Source: Podarcis liolepis (Eukaryota). Taken from it: 64,000 bases of DNA. A program made the position numbers and the translations under genes. The notes under the pieces were generated by a model that saw only the letters and a list, made by a program, of their open reading frames with translations, was not told where the DNA came from and made no database searches. The first letter of the stretch is position 1. Every line of letters starts with the position of its first letter. The stretch is taken from the NCBI GenBank assembly GCA_965112155.1, contig OZ218101.1; one strand, written 5' to 3'. Shown piece by piece: positions 1-10,630 of this stretch.

Positions 1-1906
1 CACATTCCACTTCAAAGACCTTTCCGAACGAAATCGGAGCAGAGGAAGGGCGCTCCCTAGGCAAGCTGTTGCCTTGAGTGGCTGCGAGGCAAAGCAAGGC
101 AGCAGCTTTCGCTCAAGCCGCAGTTCTGTTTCCCAAGCAAGGGGATCCCGGTGATTTCCTGCGCCACGCCGGCGAAGCTGCGTCTTATGCCCGCTGGCTC
201 CGAAGGAGATTCCAGCAAATGTGCCAAGAAATAAACGCTGCTTCCCATCCCATTTCTACGGAAATACTCTTCCCCACCCCCCATATTAGAGGTGAGGCGA
301 GCCTTGGCTAACAACTTTAACAGTGCAATAAACTGAGTTACGTGGGTCTCCTCGGAAGTAAATCCCACCGACTTCAGTGGGCTACTCTGTTAAAATGGGG
401 ACCGGATTGCAGCCCCAAGAAGGGGTAAAATATGGAAGGGAATTAGGGTCGCTCTTAATAAGAAGCCAAAACGAATCTCTGTATTCTGAGGATCAGTAAT
501 TCCTTTCCTCTTGGTAAATAGCAAAACCTTTGCTACAAATATTGCTGAAAGCGACCCTTCTCGGATCCGGATGCGGTAAAAGGAATTCCTCGCAGAAGAG
601 GCTTTGCAGCTCAAAACGAAATTCGCCTACTTATTGAGAGCGTAACCCCGTTAATAGCGTTATGCTCTCCTCTCCTTTTCTCCGGATTGCAAATGGGAGC
701 ATTTTAGGAGTACGGGGGAATCCAAAGAAAGGAAAGGATCTGCTACCGAGTGATTTAAAAATTAAAATCCCATCAAACCACTTAGGCACAGACTTGCAAA
801 CAAAATGGGCATCTGCATTATTGTCATTTTCACTGCAATTAAGTTCGTCTCCCAAGCAGATTCTAGGTAACGGGAGGCAGGGACTTCCCCCTTGAAAGCG
901 CAAATGCAGCTTGACACCGCTTTAATTCGGATCAAGCCTGATACACGTCTGATACAGCGCTTCAGGGGAAGACGAACAGCCCGGTTCCTTTCAAAGTAAG
1001 CGTGCTCGGTTAGGCTTCTGCTTCAAACCCCTGTAAGGAGCAGACCTCAAGGCAAGGCAGTGGATCAGAATGACTTTCTCCCTCCGGACTCCCTCCCCCC
1101 TTTTTAAAAAAATCTTTTTCTTTTTTCTTTCTGGACAGTGCCCAGAAACGTCCTGAACCGGCGGGCGGGCGCTTGGGGCGCTTGGGGCTTCTGCCAAAGC
1201 TTTCCAAGCAAGCTGCCATTCTCGTCCCATATTTTTAGCCCTCTCAAGCGGAATACTTTGATCTTTTCAAAACTATATCTATCTATATATACGCACGGGG
1301 CTTCCCTGCGGCAGGGCAGCGCTCCAGCTTCCACCGAGAGCGCTGAAACTGATACCCGACAGACTAGCCGGAGGATCAAGGCAAAAATAGACCCCGGAGA
1401 GGGTTTGACAAAGACGCGGCCAAAACCCACCTCTAACCTGTCCTTGGCCGGCGAACTCGGGCTGAGCCACACAAGCCCCTCTCTCCTCCTATCCTAAGGA
1501 TGGGGTGTCTGGACTTCTGAGGAGAGGGAACCTCAAAAAAAGAACGACTATTTCTCCTGGACGCGGGGTGGATTGAATAAAGCCCTGGGACACAAGGGGG
1601 GGGGAGAAGGGAATTTCCCACCATATCCCACCCCGTCAGTTCCACAGCTTCCCAAGTTATCCCCAGGCGCGCGCACTTTTTCTTCTTGTCGTGTACGTTT
1701 ATCTCCAAGTCCCAAGGCTTCCGATTTTGCCCGCAGACACCCCTCCGTCGCTTTCAATCTTAAGAGTTTATACTCATTGTCCCTTTCCAGCCCCGTCTAA
1801 CTTGAGCGAAGAGTGGCCAGGGGAGCTCGCTTTGGGTCCTGGGGACCGGCGGAACCCCCAAGTTGGGCAGCTGCCCCCTCCCCTCCCCCAGCGCCTCGCC
1901 ACCTAC
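1..1906 (-). other. ARX: ARX intron 2 (partial; continues off the window)
   Basis: GT donor at 1906. The expected short exon 3 (EELAMRLDLTEARVQ) was not found in 1-1906. Confidence 0.8.
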
Positions 1907-2606
1907 CTGGTGAAGACGTCCGGGTAGTGCGTCTTCTGGAAGGCCCTCTCGAGCTCCTCCAGCTGGTAGCTGGTGAAGGTGGTGCGGTAGCGGCGCTGCT
2001 TCCTCTTGAGCAGCCCCTCCTCGGAGTCGCTGCCGGCCGACAGGCACACGCTGTCCTCGCCGTCCTTGCCCTCCACCAGCTCGTCGACGGGCAGCAGCAG
2101 CTCCTCCTTGGGAGAGCAGCCGTCGGCGCCCTCCGTCCCCGGCGCCGCGCCAGGTCCCCCGACGACGCCGACGGGGCCCCCAGCGGCCCGCCGGGCCTCC
2201 TTGGCCTCGGCCAGCAGCTCCTCGTCGTCCTCCAGCTCCTCGTCCAGCTCCTCGGCCTCTTCCTCGTCGTCGTCGTCGTCATCCTCGTCGTCCTCGTCGT
2301 CCAGCAACTCGTCGTCTCGGCCGGGCCTGCTGTCGAGGCCGCCGCCTCCTCCTCCTCCGCTGGACAGCTCGTCGAGGGCGGCAGCGGCCCGCGGGAAGGG
2401 CGCGTTTTCCCGGTACGACTTGCTGCGGCTGATGCTGACCTGCGGCGCCTGGCTGATCTTGAGCGAGTCCCAGGACGAGGCGCCCGCCTCTACCCGCTCG
2501 GCCCTCGCCAGCAGCCGGCCCCCGCCGGGCCCGTAGAGGCGGCGCAGCTTGGGCGGCAGGTGCAACTCGGCAGCCTCGAAGCCCGCCGGGCTACCCTTGG
2601 CCGGTC
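1907..2606 (-). CDS. ARX: ARX coding exon 2, 700 nt (acidic domain and start of the paired-class homeodomain)
   Basis: Acceptor ttcgtctccccggcag|GA joins in frame with exon 1 (G|GA = Gly). Encodes [43 protein letters not shown], a D/E tract, [55 protein letters not shown]. Donor CCAG|GTAGGT at 1907/1906. Confidence 0.97.
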
Positions 2607-3760
2607 CTGCCGGGGAGACGAACACAGACAGACACGCACCCATCACCGACCCGGCCGGGCACGTTTCGCTGCCGCCCAGCCGGGGGGACCCTCCGTCTGC
2701 CTCTAGAAACGGGCCCAGGGACTCGGAGCAAAGGGCAGACCGTGCGTGGGGGCCCCCGGTGTAAATACAACCCCCCCCATTTTGCCCAGATGCTTTCAAC
2801 TTTCTAGGCGGGCAGCTGCAATTATTTTTGCCAAACCAGGTCGGATCTCTCCACGTCTCCCTTTCCCGTCCCGAGACCAAAATCCTTCACAGGAAGCTCT
2901 ATCAAAACCCACCCCTGTAGGAACTGTACGGAGAGATAAATTTGAGGATTGTGTCTGGACGAAAGCAAAAGCTGACTGTTCTCTGCATTAGTTTTTATTC
3001 CAACCCCTTGACTTATTAAACATTACTATTCTTTTAAGTGCATTCATTAAAAGTCTCTCTCCTCCAGCCGACCATCTGACACCTGTCGGCTTCGTCAAAA
3101 GCATTTCCAGCGGCTTTGCCGGCACCCGAAGATCCCCATGAATTGGAAGGCCGGAGAGAAAGAGGCTTAAAATATTTTTAAACTCTTTTTCTCTGTCCCC
3201 TCCAAACACATTCTATCCGGAGCCCCACTTCTTTACAACCGGGAGCCCCGCCAAAGGACGCCCTATCTATTCGCCCTCCCAAGCAGGCCTGGCAGCGGAA
3301 AGGCGCCGCCGAAGCAGCAACGGAAAATACGCGCCAGGGACCTGCTGACTTGCCGCCGTTACTTGTCTTCTTTCACCCCACCTTCTCCAAAAAAGAAGAG
3401 GAGACCCCCATTTTGGGCACCACCTCCCCTTCTCCCCAAGCAAGCTAAAGGCGACCCCGGGCGTGTCTGGGATGCAGCTGGTGGTGGGAGGCAAGGCAAA
3501 ACAGAGACCCCAAGAGTGGTGGGGAAGCGGAGTTTCTCCCAGTCCGTTTCTGCCCCCTAACCTTCCTGATCGCCTGGGCGGTGGGTCGCCTGCATCTCAG
3601 ACCCACGCGCCCATCCACGCCACTTGCAAGGGGGTCTCCGCGCTCTAGGCCGGCTCTCCGGGCGCAGGATTTCCGCGGAGCTCGCTGGAGCTGCCCGGAG
3701 AAGCGAAGTTGCCTGCCAGGCCCGCTTGCTCTTTCCTCTGCCCCCCTGAGCTGGGCTTAC
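2607..3760 (-). other. ARX: ARX intron 1 (1154 nt, GT-AG)
   Basis: Canonical GT and AG ends, with splice phases that match between exons 1 and 2. Confidence 0.93.
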
Positions 3761-3953
3761 CTTGGCCGGCCTTGTCCTGCTCGATCCTGCCGGCCAGTGG
3801 AGCGAGGCTGGGCGCCGCTCCCAGCAGCCGCATCTTGCACGGGCTCCTCCGGCCCAGGATGCTGTCGATGCAGTAGGACGAGAGCAAAGTTGGCGATTTA
3901 CTTTTGCATTCGGGCCTGTCGGAGCAGCTCTCCTCTTGGTATTGGTTGCTCAT
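3761..3953 (-). CDS. ARX: ARX (aristaless-related homeobox) coding exon 1, 193 nt, phase-1 donor
   Basis: Translates [47 protein letters not shown], the vertebrate ARX N-terminus with the octapeptide/eh1 motif SYCIDSILG (3852-3878). ATG at 3953-3951 in GCCATG context. Donor CAAG|GTAAGC at 3761/3760. Confidence 0.97.
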
Positions 3954-4330
3954 GGCTTGGGCTTGCTGGCCCCTCCCGCACCGCCGCGCCTGGCCGGGCT
4001 CCGGGTGGCGGCGCGTGTGGGCTCCGGGCTCCGGGCTGGGCTGGCACCCCTCCCCCCACCAGGCAACGGCAGCAGCGCCGGCAAAGTCGCCCCTCTTCCT
4101 GCCCAGGACACTGGGAACAAGTGTAGCGCCTGAGCCGCAATAGCTTGGCTCTTGATTCCCTCTCCTCCACGTGCTGGGAGCCGCGCTCTGATTGGCTCTC
4201 TCCAGAGGCTGGGCAGCCTTCGGCTCCCAGCCAAGGGGAAAACGCGGTCCGGAATCATGAGAGGGGAGGGGGCAGGGAACGGGAACGGGTTGCTTGACAA
4301 AAAGTTGGCAGGCTAACTTTCCCTGCCCAG
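3954..4330 (-). promoter_or_regulatory. ARX: ARX 5'UTR and TATA-less proximal promoter
   Basis: GC-rich sequence directly upstream of the ATG. Minus-strand CCAAT box (AGCCAATCAG; ATTGG at 4191-4195) and E-box CACGTG at 4168-4173. The transcription start cannot be determined from sequence. Confidence 0.65.
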
Positions 4331-7300
4331 ACCTCGTCCTTGCTGGGGCTGAAGGACAGGAAGAGATCTGGCGAAGGTCATCTCGTTCAACTCCTCTTCC
4401 TTGGAAAAGTTTCCTGCCAATTTGACACTTCTAGGGACGATGAGCCCAAATAATCCAGACTATATAGTCTTAACTATATTATATTGGGAACGGAGTTTTA
4501 ACTATGTCATATATTCGTCCCGATCTTCCCAAATAACTTATTGTTCCATTCAAGAAACAGCCCTCCTCCCCTAATTTTGTTTTTGTTTTAAAAGTGGGTT
4601 GTTGGGCATTATTAAATTAGTGAGGGATTAACTGGATTAATTATTACTGCATTCCGTTAGAGCTGATCTTCATCAGGCAGCTCTATAATTTTTGATACAA
4701 GTGCTGCCTAAATAGAGCACGGAGCACTTCTGTCCTGAACTACTTGGAAGTAAATCCCACTATGTTCAATAAACCTTACAGTGTGTTTTTAGGATTGCAA
4801 CATTAATGTAGAACGTGTGTGGGAGTATCTGTACATCGAGTGTGTACACGCACACGCATTCATTCATGTATAAAAATACAGATCTCTCTCTGTAGCTAGA
4901 GAAAAATATCAAAAACACATGAGACTGTTTATCAGGAAAAGTTCGTTCACTAACAAATTGGTACAGATTAATTTGCAATGGTGGCCCGTGTGGAAACACA
5001 TTTTGCGTACAAATTTCGATTTATCAAACGATTAAAGTGAATTGGTACAGAAAAGCCCATCAGCACGAGCGGGCACGATCATAAGGGAGTTTTCAAAAGG
5101 ACCTAATGGACTTTCCTCGACCGATTCTTCGTTATTTATTCAATCTAGGGTCATTGTTGCTTTGTTTGTTTGTTTGGCTGTTGCTGTTGTAGTGGATCCA
5201 GTATACCTTCAAATGCAAACCGACCAAGATCCCAGAAGAATCCTATATTTGTCTTCAGAGTGAAGACAGGTCTGTGGCAGATCAGGGATTTGACTGGAAT
5301 GAAATGGGACCGGACGAGATCAAAAGGATTCTGAGTGGCTGGGACTGAGTCAAAGGCTGAAAGCCTCGCCTGAAGCCGGGAAGGTTTGGCCGGCTGCGAA
5401 TGCGATGGCATTAAACCCGGGACTATCCTCCAGCAGCCTCTCTCTTTTGAAACCAAGCGGGCTAAGGATGCTTTGATGCTTCCACTGGCACCGGCCTCTT
5501 CCAACAAGAGGATAAAAGTGCCAGGTATCTGATCCTTCCCAACGATGGTGGCCGTCCCTAAACCACCCCGATTTCTAGATCCATTTCATTGTCGTTGTTG
5601 CTACTTCAAACAACTATTTTGTCAGGGAGAATTTCCCCCTAGTGTTAAAGCTCCTTCAAGACTGGGGAATAACCCCACGTTCGCATCAGTGGGCCTTCTT
5701 TGGTAGGCAGATGCGGATGTGTAACCGTCGGAGGGCCGGGATCGGGGCCCAATACCGCCGTGTGCTCCGTTCTGCTGCTTCTGAAATACGAGATTCCCCA
5801 CTGCTCTGCGAAGGCAGCGTGAACAGCGGAGGCAGAGCGAGGGAGCAAATAATGGTTAATTTTAAAAAAACAAAAATCCCGGTTTTGGACAAGGGGAATA
5901 CTCCAGGCCTGATTTTCTTTCTGCTCAACTTTCCTCGTTTGAACGTGTCAAAGAAATTTACAAAGGCATCTACTTGAATCGCTTACACTGGGTATTTAAA
6001 AATACAAGGATTTATAATTGGGATCTCTCTCTCCCTCTGTCTCTCTCAAACTGTAATAAACATCTGGATAACTCTTTCAAATGCTAATGTGCCATCGACG
6101 TTCCGGAGCTGCCTTGGCAGAAGCGTTTCATCCGCCACTGGAGACGGAGGGAAAAAGGGGCTGGGAAGCGGAGCGGGGCGCCTGCTCCCGGACGGGGGGG
6201 GGGGGGGAGCCTCCGCACAGGAGGGTCGTCCCACAACGGGGCCCGGCTCTCGCAGCTTGCCTCGCCTCGCCCCCGTTGCTTTTGCCCCCGTCCCACTTCT
6301 CCTCCTCACAGCGCGACACTTGCTGTAGAAAGGAGAAACCAAACAGGCTTTCCCTCTGCTTGAGACGGCCCCCTCTTCTCTCGCCCTGGGAAAGGCAGAG
6401 TTTTAAGAAGACCATGAGGATGGGGAGCAGTTAAAGAAACACGAGACCGCCCTTCGTCTTAGTCTCTCGCCATCCTGGTCTTCCCACGAACAAAAAGCAA
6501 TCAATGAATAAAATAAGGTTGGCTTTACTGCTTCAAGACTAGGGTGGGAGAGGAGGTCTTTATTAGCAGGAATAGTGTTTATGTTTTTTAAGCAGCAGCA
6601 GCAACAATGCTGATGCGGATGATGATAATAATACCAACCACAAGATAATAATACCATCCACACGATGATAATACCAACCACAAGAGCAACAGCCACAATC
6701 GGAGTTAATCCCACCTGCCTTTCTCAAGTCTAGAAAAAGAGGGCAAATGGGGGGGGGGGCGGAGAGGAGGGCTAAGTCAAGAGGATGGGACTGGAAGAGC
6801 CAAATCCATCCGGAAGGCAACCCTCCTTGGGAAACCGATCGCGACTCAGAGAGGGAATTTTATTGTTGTGGCCAACCCAAGAAACCAGCCGAGGTGCCTG
6901 GCCACCTATTGGAAGGGCAGGGAAAGCCCCGACCGAGCAATTCCCGCAGCAGGTTGTGCCTCTCTCCGCCTGCGCCTCCACCAGCCCTGAAAGATGCCCC
7001 AACCAAACCAGGCAGAGGAGCAGTTATGCTGGTTGGCGTCGCCACTTTAGCTCCGATGCGACACCCTCCCTCTTTCCCTCCTCCTCTGTGTTGGGTTCGC
7101 CTTTTCCTTGGCACAAACCCGCCCGAGTGGTGTAGTGCTGTGTCGGAGAGGGAGAGGGAAAGTCCCGGCCTTCCCTCAAGCCCCGCTTTGCCCGGAGATG
7201 CTCCGTCCCACGGGGCGACTTCCAGGTCTTGTTTGGCTGGGCGACGGTGGGCACAACACGTCTTCTTGGCTCAAAGCCACCCGCTTCTCCCCCTGAGTCT

Positions 7301-9791
7301 TAGGCAGACTGGGGAGAAATCGTGACCTCGCAACCTGGGGAGACTCGCTCCTCGGCTTTCACTCGCCCCTTTTATTCAGATGCGCCTTCGCTTTCTTCGG
7401 AAAGCTACTTGGACGGAGGGACCCGAAAGTCCCTGCCAGGGGGCTCTCCACAATGCCTCCAGGCTTTGAGCTCCTCCGAGGTCGATTTAAACAAATAAAT
7501 TGCAGTTGAGCTGCAGGTCTGGGTAACCTTAAGCAGCGCTTCCACTCCCTTTTCGAAGGGAGCCTAAAACAAAAAAAAAAAAAAAAAAAAAAGAACACCC
7601 AAGCAAAATATAGCCAGCTGTTTGACAGTTTTTAAGGAACCACGGTTGTAGTAAGAGAGCGAGAAAGCATAGCTGGAAAGTCGTGCGCTCCTCGCTTCTC
7701 AAGACCAACAAGGTTCTCAACTCAAATCAGCCAAACGACTGTGTGTGTGTGTGTGTGTTGGTACAAAACTGACGTCGTTTGCACCGGGTTTGCTCTCCGT
7801 AGAGACGAAGCAACCACTTGCATGCCACTAATAAATGGATGGCTTTTCTGCGTAAATAGGACTGGGTGTGGCACTTGATCTGACATGGACTTTTAAAAGC
7901 GCCCCTCCACCCCAAATCTGTCTATGGGACTCTTGCTCTTTCTTCCCGGACCTATTTCTTCTTGGGGAAGGGTAGCTAAGCCCCATGACCCCTAGTGGGG
8001 TTTCCCTCCAAATCCTTCTCGGGCTTGGTTCCCGCCAGAAGGTCGAGCAAGCTTTTTGCCGCCCAGATCCTCCGTTCCCCGTGCCTCCTCTCCCCACCCC
8101 AAGCCTTGCCAACTTCGATGCCCAATCGGAACAAGCGGGGTCCAGCTGTCACTGGCCCTGGTCCCGGCGGCACAGAGGCCGAGGGGGATTCTTGCCTGCT
8201 TGTCTGCACCACCGATCTCGCCTCCGCGCGCCTTTGCGTTTCCTTGGCTCTTTTTGTCTCTCCCCTTCTCTCCTTAGCCTTTTAAATAAAAACAAACTTC
8301 CCTTCATTGATGGTCTCCCTTTCCCTGTTCCCTCCTGCAACCTGCTAATTTCACACCGGAGCGCCCTTGTTTCCGGGCTCGGGGGAAGCGAGGGAGAGAG
8401 AGAAAACAACAATAGTGCAATGATCCAAAATGATACAGTCGAATTATAGCAATTAGAGTTCTACTTGGAGGAGAAAACCTTGCTGAGATCAGCCAAACAA
8501 ACGGATGCCTTGTAAGGATAACAAGTTTTGGGGAGTGACAGGCAGCGCTGAGAAAGGCAGCAGGGCGCCCGCCGGCAGGTTTCCTTCACACCCCCAGCTC
8601 CGCTTTCCTCTTCCTTCCAATCTGCCGGGATTCACCTCATGGAATGGGGCTTCCCACTTCAGCTCCCCCCTAATATGCTCACAGGAGGCAGCGAAACGGG
8701 ATCCCTTCTTCTCTCCTCCCTTCCACCCTTCTCTCCCACCCTCCTCTCCCGTTGTACTTGGCAGGGCGCCCCTGCTTCCCCGCGGAAGCTGGCAAACGAG
8801 GCGAGCATCCGTGCGCCTCGCTCTCCCGCGGGGCCAGGATGTGTCCGGGCGGGCCGCGGAAAAGCAGCGGCGTGGAAAGCCAAGCCTCGGCTGGGCCCAG
8901 GGCACTGAAAGCATGTCAGTGATACGGAATGGCATAGATCACCTTGCAAGTTGCAAGCCCAACTATGCACCCCCCTATCCATCTAGCGACCGATCTCTCA
9001 CTTATATCGCAATGCGCTTCACAGCAAACGGATTCTGGGCTAGTGGGGGGAGCCTTCGTGATTTCAATGCGGTTTTAGACAGGCCTCTCTTGTCGGATGG
9101 TGAGAAGAAGCGAGGCCTGAACTTTGAGTTAGGCTAGACCTCTTCACCGCTTGCCTCTGGAACAGGTTGGGTCGAAACCTGGGGGGGGGGGGGGGCTTCC
9201 AGGGAAAGTTGGGTAGTGCTGAGCTCTGATCAAAAAGCTCTCCAAACCGTCCTCAGTCGTAACCGACTGAGCACTACTTGCTTCCGTAGGATTCCAGCAT
9301 GATAGATCCAGGTCAAGTGCGCAGCAGGTCTCAGCGTGACACCCCCGGCTCCGGTGGGGGCTCACTTTCCTCCTGGGAAAGTATTTCCCCTTTTGCTCCT
9401 TGGACCAAGCCTGAAGGGGTGGCGATGCCGTTGGGAATGTCAGGCCTTGGGGTACCTCGGAGCGTCCTCCTACTTGACGATGTACGGACTGCTGTCGGAG
9501 ACGGGGAAGAGAACGGGCTCCCCTGGAGTATGAGTGGACCGGATGCCTGAGCTATAGGTGTTTCCAGGCCCCTCATTTACACCAGGGGCATGGAGGGTGG
9601 CAGTGGAGCGAAGGAAAGGAGAGGGATGTAGTCGGGGTGCCAATGGCTTTGCACTTGTAAGAGGGATCAATAAAGTCCACGTGCAGAGGGAGGGGTGTTA
9701 TGACTCCGGAATGGTACCGGACTGCTTTTCCTCCGTAATTCCATTCTCAGTGCAGCCCAGTCCCTTTCCATTCCACTTTACGCACCAGAAC

Positions 9792-9906
9792 CATGGGCAT
9801 AGCCAAGGGGGAGGCAAGGAGGGGCGCTGCACCCCAAAATAAAAACCCCCAATAAAAATACACAGCAAACGGAGGTTCTGCCCCCCCCATCCTGGCTACG
9901 CCCATT
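9792..9906. mobile_element. hAT-type MITE
   Basis: Inverted termini CATGGGCATAGCCA / TGGCTACGCCCATT. Degenerate 8-bp TSD accagaac / accaaatc. Confidence 0.6.
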
Positions 9907-10598
9907 ACCAAATCCATGATCCATCCCATTTAAGCATCGTTATTCCACTCAATACATTTTCATTTCTCGCTCGTTCCAACCCGAGCAATCTCAGACAATT
10001 GTCACTCCATTCTAGACACTTTTATGCCTGGATCTTTCCTCGCTGCTTTGCTGCTGTTTTAGTCTTCGGAGCGCTTTCCTTCCTCTGCGAGCTTTTCAGT
10101 GGGATCAAACAGGCCCGCAGTTTAACACGAGGACCGTTCCATTAAGCCTCCCTTTCCGTGTTGCTTTGCGCTTGCCTGGATCAACTTTATTGCCCGTGTT
10201 CGCTTTTAATACGGAATGGAAAACACCTTTGGGACCTTTTCCGTGGTCCAGTTTTTAGAGGTCCGGGCGTTTCTTAGATGCAGGCGTAGAAAGGGCCCAC
10301 GCGCATCCTTCGCGATTTCATTGCAACGCCGCTCTTTTATGCCGCCACTGCAAATGTTCCAGTTTCTTTCATGTTCTTTTAATTTTTCCTAGCACCTCCT
10401 TTAGTATCATCTCCCTTCCTCCCCAGCCCCACGTGTCCTTTTTAGAAACCCCAAACAGTATTCCATATTGTGCTTCTGCTGAAACTAAGAGCGCGGATCC
10501 TCTGTAAATCACGTGTCAATTGCCCGGCCTCCTGCAGGACCGGGGGCAGTGGGGACTCCCCAGCGCCTGGTTCCGTCGCTTTCGGCCAGGAGGAGATT

Positions 10599-10630
10599 TG
10601 TTCGCCCTCTAGTGGACGCGCAGAACTCCA
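10599..10630 (-). promoter_or_regulatory. Candidate CTCF-binding site
   Basis: Minus strand reads TGGAGTTCTGCGCGTCCACTAGAGGGCGAAC. The core CCACTAGAGGGCG matches the CTCF consensus. Confidence 0.6.

Larger units (their letters stand above)
1800..4300. promoter_or_regulatory. CpG island over ARX exons 1-2 and promoter
   Basis: Very high GC content and dense CpG dinucleotides compared with the distal part of the window. Confidence 0.85.

Noticed and set aside
1813-2706. 297-aa plus-strand ORF and 176-aa poly-Ser ORF (2006-2536) antisense to ARX exon 2
   Set aside because: Shadow frames of GC-rich, codon-biased ARX sequence. The poly-Ser is simply the reverse complement of the GAC/GAG acidic tract.
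2607-2880. N-terminal extension of the 325-aa ORF (MVSGRERE...)
   Set aside because: Intronic. A good acceptor at 2607/2606 joins in phase with exon 1, and the extension does not resemble ARX.
3645-3760. Read-through of the exon 1 ORF (KPSSGG...)
   Set aside because: Lies past a consensus GTAAG donor in intron 1.
6747-9137. Long ORFs in upstream CpG patches (192, 154 and 210 aa)
   Set aside because: No recognisable domains; such lengths are expected by chance in GC-rich DNA with few stop codons.
6194-9195. Long G homopolymers (about 6194, 6749, 9181) as functional G-quadruplex elements
   Set aside because: Similar runs occur in distal DNA (about 14253 and 48800), and homopolymer lengths are assembly-sensitive.
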